Origin: Isurus oxyrinchus
Taxonomy: Eukaryota
Direction: 5' to 3'
Assembly: GCA_026770705.1 (NCBI GenBank)
Contig: JANJGN010002079.1
Span: forward strand, 1-64,000
DNA length: 64,000 bases
Position 1 is the first letter of the stretch, and each line of letters starts with the position of its first letter. Of the stretch, positions 37,001 to 52,000 are shown one piece after another. Made by a program: the position numbers and the translations under genes. The notes beneath the pieces are model-generated. The model ran no database searches. It was not told the origin of the DNA and saw only the letters and a program-made list of their open reading frames with translations.

Positions 37001-40000
37001 GTGTCTCTCAGTCTCTCTCTCTCTCTCTCAGGGAGATATCTGTACACTGACTGGTGTCTCTCAGTCCCTCTCTCTCAGGGAGATATCTGTACACTGACTG
37101 GTGTCTCTACGTCTACTCTCTCTCTCTCTCAGGGAGATATCTGTACACTGACTGGTGTCTCTCAGTCCCTCTCTCTCAGGGAGATATCTGTACACTGACT
37201 AGTGTCCCTCAGTCCCCCCTCTCTCTCAGGGAGATATCTGTACACTGACTGGTGTCTCTCAGTCCCCTCTCTCTCAGGGAGCTATCTGTACACTGACTGG
37301 TGTCTCTTAGTCCCTCTCTCTCTCAGGGAGAAATCTGCACACTGACTGTTGTCTCTCAGTCCCTCTCTCTCAGGGAGATATCTGTACACTGACTGGTGTC
37401 TCTCAGTCCCCTCTCTCTCAGGGAGATATCTGTACACTTACTGGTGTCTCTCAGTCTCTCTCTCTCTCAGGGAGATATCTGTACACTGACTGGTGTCTCT
37501 CAGTCCCCCTCTCTCAGTGAGATATCTGTACACTGACTCGTGTCTCTCAGTCCCTCTCTCTCTCAGGGAGAAATCTGCACACTGACTGGTGTCTCTCAGT
37601 CCCTCTCTCTCAGGGAGATATCTGTACACTGACTCGTGTCTCTCAGTCCCCTCTCTCTCAGTGAGATATCTGAACACTGACTGGTGTCTCTCAGTCCCTC
37701 TCTCTCTCAGGGACGTATCTGTACACTGACTGGTGTCTCTCAGTCCCCTCTCTCTCAGGGAGATATCTGCACACTCACTGGTGTCTCTCAGTCCCTCTCT
37801 CTCAGGGAGATATCTGTACACTGACTGATGTCTCTCAGTCCCTCTCTCTCTCTCAGGGAGATATCTGTACACTGACTGGTGTATCTCAGTCCCTCTATCT
37901 CAGGGAGATATCTGTACACTGACTGGTGTCTCTACGTCTACTCTCTCTCTCTCTCAGGGAGATATCTGTACACTGACGGGTGTCTCTCAGTCCCTCTCTC
38001 TCAGGGAGATATCTGTACACTGACTGGTGTCCCTCAGTCCCCCCTCTCTCTCAGGGAGATATCTGTACACTGACTGGTGTCTCTCAGTCCCCTCTCTCTC
38101 AGGGAGATATCTGTACACTGACTGGTGTCTCTCAGTCCCTCTCTCTCTCAGGGAGATATCTGTACACTGACTGGTGTCTCTCAGTCCCCTCTCTCTCTCT
38201 CAGGGAGATATCTGTACACTGACTGGTGTCTCTCAGTCCCTCTCTCTCTCAGGGAAATATCTGTACACTGACTGGTGTCTCTCAGTCCCTCTCTCTCAGG
38301 GAGATATCTGTACACTGACTGGTGTCTCTCAGTCTCTCTCTCTCTCTCAGGGAGATATCTGTACACTGACTGGTGTCTCTCAGTCCCTCTCTCTCAGGGA
38401 GATATCTGTACACTGACTGGTGTCTCTACGTCTACTCTCTCTCTCTCTCAGGGAGATATCTGTACACTGACTGGTGTCTCTCAGTCCCTCTCTCTCAGGG
38501 AGATATCTGTACACTGACTAGTGTCCCTCAGTCCCCCCTCTCTCTCAGGGAGATATCTGTACACTGACTGGTGTCTCTCAGTCCCCTCTCTCTCAGGGAG
38601 CTATCTGTACACTGACTGGTGTCTCTTAGTCCCTCTCTCTCTCAGGGAGATATCTGTACACTGACTGGTGTCTCTCAGTCCCCTCTCTCTCTCTCAGGGA
38701 GATATCTGTACTCTGACTGGTGTCTCTCAGTCCCCTCTCTCTCTCAGGGAGATATCTGTACGCTGACTGGTGTCTCTCAGTCGCTCTATCTCTCAGGGAG
38801 ATATCTGTACACTGACTGGTGTCTCTCAGTCCCTCTCTCTCAGCGAGATATCTGTACACTGACTGGTGTCTCTCAGTCTCTCTCTCTCTCAGGGAGATAT
38901 CTGTACACTGACTGGTGCCTCTCAGTCCCCTCTCTCTCAGGGAGATATCTGTGCACTGACGGGTGTCTCTCAGTCCCCTCTCTCTCAGGGAGATATCTGT
39001 ACACTGACTGGTGTCTCTCAGTCCCTCTCTCTCTCAGGGAGATATCTGTACACTGACTGGTGTCTCTCAGTCCCCTCTCTCTCTCAGGGAGATATCTGTA
39101 CACTGACTGGTGTGTCTCAGTCTCCTCTCTCTCAGGGAGAGATCTGTACACTGACTGGTGTCTCTCAGTCCCCTCTCTCTCAGGGAGATATCTGTACACT
39201 GACTGGTGTATCTCAGTCCCTCTATCTCAGGGAGATATCTGTACACTGACTGGTGTCTCTCAGTCCCCTCTCTCTCAGGGAGATATCTGTACACTGACTG
39301 GTGTCTCTACGTCTACTCTCTCTCTCTCTCAGGGAGATATCTGTACACTGACTGGTGTCTCTCAGTCCCTCTCTCTCAGGGAGATATCTGTACACTGACT
39401 GGTGTCCCTCAGTCCCCCCTCTCTCTCAGGGAGATATCTGTACACTGACTGGTGTCTCTCAGTCCCCTCTCTCTCAGGGAGATATCTGTACACTGACTGG
39501 TGTCTCTCAGTCCCTCTCTCTCTCAGGGAGATATCTGTACACTGACTGGTGTCTCTCAGTCCCCTCTCTCTCTCTCAGGGAGATATCTGTACACTGACTG
39601 GTGTCTCTCAGTCCCTCTCTCTCTCAGGGAAATATCTGTACACTGACTGGTGTCTCTCAGTCCCTCTCTCTCAGGGAGATATCTGTACACTGACTGGTGT
39701 CCCTCAGTCTCTCTCTCTCTCAGGGAGATATCTGTACACTGACTGGTGTCTCTCAGTCCCTCTCTCTCTCAGGGAGATATCTGTACACTAACTGGTTTCT
39801 CTCAGACCCCTCTCTCTCTCAGGGAGATATCTGTACAGTGACTCGTGTCTCTCAGTCCCCTCTCTCTCAGGTAGATATCTGTACACTGACTGGTGTCTCT
39901 CAGTCTCTCTCTCTCTCTCAGGGAGATATCTGTACACTGACTGGTGTCTCTCAGTCCCTCTCTCTCAGGGAGATATCTGTACACTGACTGGTGTCTCTAC

Positions 40001-43000
40001 GTCTACTCTCTCTCTCTCTCAGGGAGATATCTGTACACTGACTGGTGTCTCTCAGTCCCTCTCTCTAAGGGAGATATCTGTACACTGACTAGTGTCCCTC
40101 AGTCCCCCCTCTCTCTCAGGGAGATATCTGTACACTGACTGGTGTCTCTCAGTCCCCTCTCTCTCAGGGAGCTATCTGTACACTGACTGGTGTCTCTTAG
40201 TCCCTCTCTCTCTCAGGGAGATATCTGTACACTGACTGGTGTCTCTCAGTCCCCTCTCTCTCTCTCAGGGAGATATCTGTACTCTGACTGGTGTCTCTCA
40301 GTCCCCTCTCTCTCTCAGGGAGATATCTGTACGCTGACTGGTGTCTCTCAGTCGCTCTCTCTCTCAGGGAGATATCTGTACACTGACTGGTGTCTCTCAG
40401 TCCCTCTCTCTCAGCGAGATATCTGTACACTGACTGGTGTCTCTCAGTCTCTCTCTCTCTCAGGGAGATATCTGTACACTGACTGGTGCCTCTCAGTCCC
40501 CTCTCTCTCAGGGAGATATCTGTGCACTGACGGGTGTCTCTCAGTCCCCTCTCTCTCAGGGAGATATCTGTACACTGACTGGTGTCTCTACGTCTACTCT
40601 CTCTCTCTCTCAGGGAGATATCTGTACACTGACTGGTGTCTCTCAGTCCCTCTCTCTCAGGGAGATATCTGTACACTGACTAGTGTCCCTCAGTCCCCCC
40701 TCTCTCTCAGGGAGATATCTGTACACTGACTGGTGTCTCTCAGTCCCCTCTCTCTCAGGGAGCTATCTGTACACTGACTGGTGTCTCTTAGTCCCTCTCT
40801 CTCTCAGGGAGATATCTGTACACTGACTGGTGTCTCTCAGTCCACTCTCTCTCTCTCAGGGAGATATCTGTACTCTGACTGGTGTCTCTCAGTCCCCTCT
40901 CTCTCTCAGGGCGATATCTGTACGCTGACTGGTGTCTCTCAGTCGCTCTCTCTCTCAGGGAGATATCTGTACACTGACTGGTGTCTCTCAGTCCCTCTCT
41001 CTCAGCGAGATATCTGTACACTGACTGGTGTCTCTCAGTCTCTCTCTCTCTCAGGGAGATATCTGTACACTGACTGGTGCCTCTCAGTCCCCTCTCTCTC
41101 AGGGAGATATCTGTGCACTGACGGGTGTCTCTCAGTCCCCTCTCTCTCAGGGAGATATCTGTACACTGACTGGTGTCTCTCAGTCCCTCTCTCTCTCAGG
41201 GAGATATCTGTACACTGACTGGTGTCTCTCAGTCCCCTCTCTCTCTCAGGGAGATATCTGTACACTGACTGGTGTGTCTCAGTCTCCTCTCTCTCAGGGA
41301 GAGATCTGTACACTGACTGGTGTCTCTCAGTCCCCTCTCTCTCAGGGAGATATCTGTACACTGACTGGTGTATCTCAGTCCCTCTATCTCAGGGAGATAT
41401 CTGTACACTGACTGGTGTCTCTACGTCTACTCTCTCTCTCTCTCAGGGAGATATCTGTACACTGACTGGTGTCTCTCAGTCCCTCTCTCTCAGGGAGATA
41501 TCTGTACACTGACTGGTGTCCCTCAGTCCCCCCTCTCTCTCAGGGAGATATCTGTACACTGACTGGTGTCTCTCAGTCCCCTCTCTCTCAGGGAGATATC
41601 TGTACACTGACTGGTGTCTCTCAGTCCCTCTCTTTCTCAGGGAGATATCTGTACACTGACTGGTGTCTCTCAGTCCCCTCTCTCTCTCTCAGGGAGATAT
41701 CTGTACACTGACTGGTGTCTCTCAGTCCCTCTCTCTCTCAGGGAAATATCTGTACACTGACTGGTGTCTCTCAGTCCCTCTCTCTCAGGGAGATATCTGT
41801 ACACTGACTGGTGTCTCTCAGTCTCTCTCTCTCTCAGGGAGATATCTGTACACTGAGGGGTGTCTCTCAGTCCCTCTCTCTCTCAGGGAGATATCTGTAC
41901 ACTAACTGGTTTCTCTCAGACCCCTCTCTCTCTCAGGGAGATATCTGTACAGTGACTCGTGTCTCTCAGTCCCCTCTCTCTCAGGTAGATATCTGTACAC
42001 TGACTGGTGTCTCTCAGTCTCTCTCTCTCTCTCAGGGAGATATCTGTACACTGACTGGTGTCTCTCAGTCCCTCTCTCTCAGGGAGATATCTGTACACTG
42101 ACTGGTGTCTCTACGTCTACTCTCTCTCTCTCTCAGGGAGATATCTGTACACTGACTGGTGTCTCTCAGTCCCTCTCTCTCAGGGAGATATCTGTACACT
42201 GACTAGTGTCCCTCAGTCCCCCCTCTCTCTCAGGGAGATATCTGTACACTGACTGGTGTCTCTCAGTCCCCTCTCTCTCAGGGAGCTATCTGTACACTGA
42301 CTGGTGTCTCTTAGTCCCTCTCTCTCTCAGGGAGAAATCTGCACACTGACTGTTGTCTCTCAGTCCCTCTCTCTCAGGGAGATATCTGTACACTGACTGG
42401 TGTCTCTCAGTCCCCTCTCTCTCAGGGAGATATCTGTACACTTACTGGTGTCTCTCAGTCTCTCTCTCTCTCAGGGAGATATCTGTACACTGACTGGTGT
42501 CTCTCAGTCCCCCTCTCTCAGTGAGATATCTGTACACTGACTCGTGTCTCTCAGTCCCTCTCTCTCTCAGGGAGAAATCTGCACACTGACTGGTGTCTCT
42601 CAGTCCCTCTCTCTCAGGGAGATATCTGTACACTGACTCGTGTCTCTCAGTCCCCTCTCTCTCAGTGAGATATCTGTACACTGACTGGTGTCTCTCAGTC
42701 CCTCTCTCTCTCAGGGACGTATCTGTACACTGACTGGTGTCTCTCAGTCCCCTCTCTCTCAGGGAGATATCTGCACACTCACTGGTGTCTCTCAGTCCCT
42801 CTCTCTCAGGGAGATATCTGTACACTGACTGATGTCTCTCAGTCCCTCTCTCTCTCTCAGGGAGATATCTGTACACTGACTGGTGTATCTCAGTCCCTCT
42901 ATCTCAGGGAGATATCTGTACACTGACTGGTGTCTCTACGTCTACTCTCTCTCTCTCTCAGGGAGATATCTGTACACTGACGGGTGTCTCTCAGTCCCTC

Positions 43001-46000
43001 TCTCTCAGGGAGATATCTGTACACTGACTGGTGTCCCTCAGTCCCCCCTCTCTCTCAGGGAGATATCTGTACACTGACTGGTGTCTCTCAGTCCCCTCTC
43101 TCTCAGGGAGATATCTGTACACTGACTGGTGTCTCTCAGTCCCTCTCTCTCTCAGGGAGATATCTGTACACTGACTGGTGTCTCTCAGTCCCCTCTCTCT
43201 CTCTCAGGGAGATATCTGTACACTGACTGGTGTCTCTCAGTCCCTCTCTCTCTCAGAGAAATATCTGTACACTGACTGGTGTCTCTCAGTCCCTCTCTCT
43301 CAGGGAGATATCTGTACACTGACTGGTGTCTCTCAGTCTCTCTCTCTCTCAGGGAGATATCTGTACACTGACTGGTGTCTCTCAGTCCCTCTCTCTCTCA
43401 GGGAGATATCTGTACACTAACTGGTTTCTCTCAGACCCCTCTCTCTCTCAGGGAGATATCTGTACACTGACTCGTGTCTCTCAGTCCCCTCTCTCTCAGG
43501 TAGATATCTGTACACTGACTGGTGTCTCTCAGTCTCTCTCTCTCTCTCAGGGAGATATCTGTACACTGACTGGTGTCTCTCAGTCCCTCTCTCTCAGGGA
43601 GATATCTGTACACTGACTGGTGTCTCTACGTCTACTCTCTCTCTCTCTCAGGGAGATATCTGTACACTGACTGGTGTCTCTCAGTCCCTCTCTCTCAGGG
43701 AGATATCTGTACACTGACTAGTGTCCCTCAGTCCCCCCTCTCTCTCAGGGAGATATCTGTACACTGACTGGTGTCTCTCAGTCCCCTCTCTCTCAGGGAG
43801 CTATCTGTACACTGACTGGTGTCTCTTAGTCCCTCTCTCTCTCAGGGAGATATCTGTACACTGACTGGTGTCTCTCAGTCCCCTCTCTCTCTCTCAGGGA
43901 GATATCTGTACTCTGACTGGTGTCTCTCAGTCCCCTCTCTCTCTCAGGGAGATATCTGTACACTGACTGGTGTCTCTCAGTCCCCTCTCTCTCAGGGAGA
44001 TATCTGTACACTTACTGGTGTCTCTCAGTCTCTCTCTCTCTCAGGGAGATATCTGTACACTGACTGGTGTCTCTCAGTCCCCCTCTCTCAGTGAGATATC
44101 TGTACACTGACTCGTGTCTCTCAGTCCCTCTCTCTCTCAGGGAGAAATCTGCACACTGACTGGTGTCTCTCAGTCCCTCTCTCTCAGGGAGATATCTGTA
44201 CACTGACTCGTGTCTCTCAGTCCCCTCTCTCTCAGTGAGATATCTGTACACTGACTGGTGTCTCTCAGTCCCTCTCTCTCTCAGGGACGTATCTGTACAC
44301 TGACTGGTGTCTCTCAGTCCCCTCTCTCTCAGGGAGATATCTGCACACTCACTGGTGTCTCTCAGTCCCTCTCTCTCAGGGAGATATCTGTACACTGACT
44401 GATGTCTCTCAGTCCCTCTCTCTCTCTCAGGGAGATATCTGTACACTGACTGGTGTATCTCAGTCCCTCTATCTCAGGGAGATATCTGTACACTGACTGG
44501 TGTCTCTACGTCTACTCTCTCTCTCTCTCAGGGAGATATCTGTACACTGACGGGTGTCTCTCAGTCCCTCTCTCTCAGGGAGATATCTGTACACTGACTG
44601 GTGTCCCTCAGTCCCCCCTCTCTCTCAGGGAGATATCTGTACACTGACTGGTGTCTCTCAGTCCCCTGTCTCTCAGGGAGATATCTGTACACTGACTGGT
44701 GTCTCTCAGTCCCTCTCTCTCTCAGGGAGATATCTGTACACTGACTGGTGTCTCTCAGTCCCCTCTCTCTCTCTCAGGGAGATATCTGTACACTGACTGG
44801 TGTCTCTCAGTCCCTCTCTCTCTCAGAGAAATATCTGTACACTGACTGGTGTCTCTCAGTCCCTCTCTCTCAGGGAGATATCTGTACACTGACTGGTGTC
44901 TCTCAGTCTCTCTCTCTCTCAGGGAGATATCTGTACACTGACTGGTGTCTCTCAGTCCCTCTCTCTCTCAGGGAGATATCTGTACACTAACTGGTTTCTC
45001 TCAGACCCCTCTCTCTCTCAGGGAGATATCTGTACACTGACTCGTGTCTCTCAGTCCCCTCTCTCTCAGGTAGATATCTGTACACTGACTGGTGTCTCTC
45101 AGTCTCTCTCTCTCTCTCAGGGAGATATCTGTACACTGACTGGTGTCTCTCAGTCCCTCTCTCTCAGGGAGATATCTGTACACTGACTGGTGTCTCTACG
45201 TCTACTCTCTCTCTCTCTCAGGGAGATATCTGTACACTGACTGGTGTCTCTCAGTCCCTCTCTCTCAGGGAGATATCTGTACACTGACTAGTGTCCCTCA
45301 GTCCCCCCTCTCTCTCAGGGAGATATCTGTACACTGACTGGTGTCTCTCAGTCCCCTCTCTCTCAGGGAGCTATCTGTACACTGACTGGTGTCTCTTAGT
45401 CCCTCTCTCTCTCAGGGAGATATCTGTACACTGACTGGTGTCTCTCAGTCCCCTCTCTCTCTCTCAGGGAGATATCTGTACTCTGACTGGTGTCTCTCAG
45501 TCCCCTCTCTCTCTCAGGGAGATATCTGTACGCTGACTGGTGTCTCTCAGTCGCTCTCTCTCTCAGGGAGATATCTGTACACTGACTGGTGTCTCTCAGT
45601 CCCTCTCTCTCAGCGAGATATCTGTACACTGACTGGTGTCTCTCAGTCTCTCTCTCTCTCAGGGAGATATCTGTACACTGACTGGTGCCTCTCAGTCCCC
45701 TCTCTCTCAGGGAGAGATCTGTACACTGACTGGTGTCTCTCAGTCCCCTCTCTCTCTCTCAGGGAGATATCTGTGCACTGACGGGTGTCTCTCAGTCCCC
45801 TCTCTCTCAGGGAGATATCTGTACACTGACTGGTGTCTCTCAGTCCCTCTCTCTCTCAGGGAGATATCTGTACACTGACTGGTGTCTCTCAGTCCCCTCT
45901 CTCTCTCAGGGAGATATCTGTACACTGACTGGTGTGTCTCAGTCTCCTCTCTCTCAGGGAGAGATCTGTACACTGACTGGTGTCTCTCAGTCCCCTCTCT

Positions 46001-49000
46001 CTCAGGGAGATATCTGTACACTGACTGGTGTATCTCAGTCCCTCTATCTCAGGGAGATATCTGTACACTGACTGGTGTCTCTACGTCTACTCTCTCTCTC
46101 TCTCAGGGAGATATCTGTACACTGACTGGTGTCTCTCAGTCCCTCTCTCTCAGGGAGATATCTGTACACTGACTGGTGTCCCTCAGTCCCCCCTCTCTCT
46201 CAGGGAGATATCTGTACACTGACTGGTGTCTCTCAGTCCCCTCTCTCTCAGGGAGATATCTGTACACTGACTGGTGTCTCTCAGTCCCTCTCTCTCTCAG
46301 GGAGATATCTGTACACTGACTGGTGTCTCTCAGTCCCCTCTCTCTCTCTCAGGGAGATATCTGTACACTGACTGGTGTCTCTCAGTCCCTCTCTCTCTCA
46401 GGGAAATATCTGTACACTGACTGGTGTCTCTCAGTCCCTCTCTCTCAGGGAGATATCTGTACACTGACTGGTGTCTCTCAGTCTCTCTCTCTCTCAGGGA
46501 GATATCTGTACACTGACTGGTGTCTCTCAGTCCCTCTCTCTCTCAGGGAGATATCTGTACACTAACTGGTTTCTCTCAGACCCCTCTCTCTCTCAGGGAG
46601 ATATCTGTACAGTGACTCGTGTCTCTCAGTCCCCTCTCTCTCAGGTAGATATCTGTACACTGACTGGTGTCTCTCAGTCTCTCTCTCTCTCTCAGGGAGA
46701 TATCTGTACACTGACTGGTGTCTCTCAGTCCCTCTCTCTCAGGGAGATATCTGTACACTGACTGGTGTCTCTACGTCTACTCTCTCTCTCTCTCAGGGAG
46801 ATATCTGTACACTGACTGGTGTCTCTCAGTCCCTCTCTCTCAGGGAGATATCTGTACACTGACTAGTGTCCCTCAGTCCCCCCTCTCTCTCAGGGAGATA
46901 TCTGTACACTGACTGGTGTCTCTCAGTCCCCTCTCTCTCAGGGAGCTATCTGTACACTGACTGGTGTCTCTTAGTCCCTCTCTCTCTCAGGGAGATATCT
47001 GTACACTGACTGGTGTCTCTCAGTCCCCTCTCTCTCTCTCAGGGAGATATCTGTACTCTGACTGGTGTCTCTCAGTCCCCTCTCTCTCTCAGGGAGATAT
47101 CTGTACGCTGACTGGTGTCTCTCAGTCGCTCTCTCTCTCAGGGAGATATCTGTACACTGACTGGTGTCTCTCAGTCCCTCTCTCTCAGCGAGATATCTGT
47201 ACACTGACTGGTGTCTCTCAGTCTCTCTCTCTCTCAGGGAGATATCTGTACACTGACTGGTGCCTCTCAGTCCCCTCTCTCTCAGGGAGATATCTGTGCA
47301 CTGACGGGTGTCTCTCAGTCCCCTCTCTCTCAGGGAGATATCTGTACACTGACTGGTGTCTGTCAGTCCCTCTCTCTCTCAGGGAGATATCTGTACACTG
47401 ACTGGTGTCTCTCAGTCCCCTCTCTCTCTCAGGGAGATATCTGTACACTGACTGGTGTGTCTCAGTCTCCTCTCTCTCAGGGAGAGATCTGTACACTGAC
47501 TGGTGTCTCTCAGTCCCCTCTCTCTCAGGGAGATATCTGTACACTGACTGGTGTCTCTCAGTCCCTCTCTCTCAGGGAGATATCTGTACACTGACTGGTG
47601 TCCCTCAGTCCCTCTCTCTCTCTCAGGGAGATATCTGTACACTGACTGGTGTATCTCAGTCCCTCTATCTCAGGGAGATATCTGTACACTGACTGGTGTC
47701 TCTCATTCCCTCTCTCTCTCTCAGGGAGATATCTGTACACTGACTGGTGTATCTCAGTCCCTCTCTCTCAGGGAAATATCTGTACACTGACTGGTGTCTC
47801 TCAGTCTCCTCTCTCTCAGGGAGAGATCTGTACACTGACTGGTGTCTCTCAGTCCCCTCTCTCTCAGGGAGATATCTGTACACTGACTGGTGTCTCTCAG
47901 TCCCTCTCTCTCAGGGAGATATCTGTACACTGACTGGTGTCCCTCAGTCCCTCTCTCTCTCTCAGGGAGATATCTGTACACTGACTGGTCTATCTCAGTC
48001 CCTCTCTCTCAGGGAGATATCTGTACACTGACTGGTGTCTCTCAGTCCCTCTCTCTCTCTCAGGGAGATATCTGTACACTGACTGGTATATCTCAGTCCC
48101 TCTCTCTCAGGGAGATATCTGTACACTGACTGGTGTCTCTCAGTCCCTCTCTCTCTCTCAGGGAGATATCTGTACACTGACTGGTGTATCTCAGTCCCTC
48201 TCTCTCAGGGAGATATCTGTACACTGACTGGTGTCTCTAAGTCTACTCTCTCTCTCTCTCAGGGAGATATCTGTACACTGACTCGTGTCTCTCAGTCCCT
48301 CTCTCTCTCAGGGAGAAATCTGCACACTGACTGTTGTCTCTCAGTCCCTCTCTCTCAGGGAGATATCTGTACACTGACTGGTGTCTCTCAGTCCCTCTCT
48401 CTCTCAGGGAGATATCTGTACACTGACTGGTGTCTCTCAGTCCCTCTCTCTCTCAGGGAGATATCTGTACACTGACTGGTGTCTCTCAGTCCCCCTCTCT
48501 CAGTGAGATATCTGTACACTGACTCGTGTCTCTCAGTCCCTCTCTCTCTCAGGGAGAAATCTGCACACTGACTGGTGTCTCTCAGTCCCTCTCTCTCAGG
48601 GAGATATCTGTACACTGACTGGTGTCTCTCAGTCCCCTCTCTCTCAGTGAGATATCTGTACACTGACTGGTGTCTCTCAGTCCCTCTCTCTCTCAGGGAC
48701 GTATCTGTACACTGACTGGTGTCTCTCAGTCCCCTCTCTCTCAGGGAGATATCTGCACACTGACTGGTGTCTCTCAGTCCCTCTCTCTCAGGGAGATATC
48801 TGTACACTGACTGATGTCTCTCAGTCCCTCTCTCTCTCTCAGGGAGATATCTGTACACTGACTGGTGTATCTCAGTCCCTCTATCTCAGGGAGATATCTG
48901 TACACTGACTGGTGTCTCTCAGTCCCTCTCTCTCTCAGGGAGATATCTGTACACTGACTGGTGTCTCTCAGTCCCTCTCTCTCAGGGAGATATCTGTACA

Positions 49001-52000
49001 CTGACTGGTGTCCCTCAGTCCCCCCTCTCTCTCAGGGAGATATCTGTACACAGACTGGTGTCTCTCAGTCCCCTCTCTCTCAGGGAGATATCTGAACACT
49101 GACTGGTGTCTCTCAGTCCCTCTCTCTCTCAGGGAGATATCTGTACACTGACTGGTGTCTCTCAGTCCCCTCTCTCTCTCTCAGGGAGATATCTGTACAC
49201 TGACTCGTGTCTCTCAGTCCCTCTCTCTCTCAGGGAAATATCTGTACACTGACTGGTGTCTCTCAGTCCCTCTCTCTCAGGGAGATATCTGTACACTGAC
49301 TGGTGTCTCTCAGTCTCTCTCTCTCTCAGGGAGATATCTGTACACTGACTGGTGTCTCTCAGTCCCTCTCTCTCTCAGGGAGATAGCTGTACACTAACTG
49401 GTTTCTCTCAGACCCCTCTCTCTCTCAGGGAGATATCTGTACACTGACTCGTGTCTCTCAGTCCCCTCTCTCTCAGGTAGATATCTGTACACTGACTGGT
49501 GTCTCTCAGTCTCTCTCTCTCTCTCAGGGAGATATCTGTACACTGACTGGTGTCTCTCAGTCCCTCTCTCTCAGGGAGATATCTGTACACTGACTGGTGT
49601 CTCTACGTCTACTCTCTCTCTCTCTCAGTGAGATATCTGTACACTGACTGGTGTCTCTCAGTCCCTCTCTCTCAGGGAGATATCTGTACACTGACTAGTG
49701 TCCCTCAGTCCCCCCTCTCTCTCAGGGAGATATCTGTACACTGACTGGTGTCTCTCAGTCCCCTCTCTCTCAGGGAGATATCTGTACACTGACTGGTGTC
49801 TCTCAGTCCCTCTCTCTCTCAGGGAGATATCTGTACACTGACTGGTGTCTCTCAGTCCCCTCTCTCTCTCTCAGGGAGATATCTGTACACTGACTGGTGT
49901 CTCTCAGTCCCTCTCTCTCTCAGGGAAATATCTGTACACTGACTGGTGTCTCTCAGTCCCTCTCTCTCAGGGAGATATCTGTACACTGACTGGTGTCTCT
50001 CAGTCTCTCTCTCTCTCAGGGAGATATCTGTACACTGACTGGTGTCTCTCAGTCCCTCTCTCTCTCAGGGAGATATCTGTACACTAACTGGTTTCTCTCA
50101 GACCCCTCTCTCTCTCAGGGAGATATCTGTACAGTGACTCGTGTCTCTCAGTCCCCTCTCTCTCAGGTAGATATCTGTACACTGACTGGTGTCTCTCAGT
50201 CTCTCTCTCTCTCTCAGGGAGATATCTGTACACTGACTGGTGTCTCTCAGTCCCTCTCTCTCAGGGAGATATCTGTACACTGACTGGTGTCTCTACGTCT
50301 ACTCTCTCTCTCTCTCAGGGAGATATCTGTACACTGACTGGTGTCTCTCAGTCCCTCTCTCTCAGGGAGATATCTGTACACTGACTAGTGTCCCTCAGTC
50401 CCCCCTCTCTCTCAGGGAGATATCTGTACACTGACTGGTGTCTCTCAGTCCCCTCTCTCTCAGGGAGCTATCTGTACACTGACTGGTGTCTCTTAGTCCC
50501 TCTCTCTCTCAGGGAGATATCTGTACACTGACTGGTGTCTCTCAGTCCCCTCTCTCTCTCTCAGGGAGATATCTGTACTCTGACTGGTGTCTCTCAGTCC
50601 CCTGTCTCTCTCAGGGAGATATCTGTACGCTGACTGGTGTCTCTCAGTCGCTCTCTCTCTCAGGGAGATATCTGTACACTGACTGGTGTCTCTCAGTCCC
50701 TCTCTCTCAGCGAGATATCTGTACACTGACTGGTGTCTCTCAGTCTCTCTCTCTCTCAGGGAGATATCTGTACACTGACTGGTGCCTCTCAGTCCCCTCT
50801 CTCTCAGGGAGATATCTGTGCACTGACGGGTGTCTCTCAGTCCCCTCTCTCTCAGGGAGATATCTGTACACTGACTGGTGTCTCTCAGTCCCTCTCTCTC
50901 TCAGGGAGATATCTGTACACTGACTGGTGTCTCTCAGTCCCCTCTCTCTCTCAGGGAGATATCTGTACACTGACTGGTGTGTCTCAGTCTCCTCTCTCTC
51001 AGGGAGAGATCTGTACACTGACTGGTGTCTCTCAGTCCCCTCTCTCTCAGGGAGATATCTGTACACTGACTGGTGTCTCTCAGTCCCTCTCTCTCAGGGA
51101 GATATCTGTACACTGACTGGTGTCCCTCAGTCCCTCTCTCTCTCTCAGGGAGATATCTGTACACTGACTGGTGTATCTCAGTCCCTCTATCTCAGGGAGA
51201 TATCTGTACACTGACTGGTGTCTCTCATTCCCTCTCTCTCTCTCAGGGAGATATCTGTACACTGACTGGTGTATCTCAGTCCCTCTCTCTCAGGGAAATA
51301 TCTGTACACTGACTGGTGTCTCTCAGTCTCCTCTCTCTCAGGGAGAGATCTGTACACTGACTGGTGTCTCTCAGTCCCCTCTCTCTCAGGGAGATATCTG
51401 TACACTGACTGGTGTCTCTCAGTCCCTCTCTCTCAGGGAGATATCTGTAAACTGACTGGTGTCCCTCAGTCCCTCTCTCTCTCTCAGGGAGATATCTGTA
51501 CACTGACTGGTCTATCTCAGTCCCTCTCTCTCAGGGAGATATCTGTACACTGACTGGTGTCTCTCAGTCCCTCTCTCTCTCTCAGGGAGATATCTGTACA
51601 CTGACTGGTGTATCTCAGTCCCTCTCTCTCAGGGAGATATCTGTACACTGACTGGTGTCTCTCAGTCCCTCTCTCTCTCTCAGGGAGATATCTGTACACT
51701 GACTGGTGTATCTCAGTCCCTCTCTCTCAGGGAGATATCTGTACACTGACTGGTGTCTCTAAGTCTACTCTCTCTCTCTCTCAGGGAGATATCTGTACAC
51801 TGACTCGTGTCTCTCAGTCCCCTCTCTCTCTCTCAGGGAGATATCTGTACTCTGACTGGTGTCTCTCAGTCCCCTCTCTCTCTCAGGGAGATATCTGTGC
51901 ACTGACGGGTGTCTCTCAGTCCCCTCTCTCTCAGGGAGATATCTGTACACTGACTGGTGTCTCTCAGTCCCTCTCTCTCTCAGGGAGATATCTGTACACT

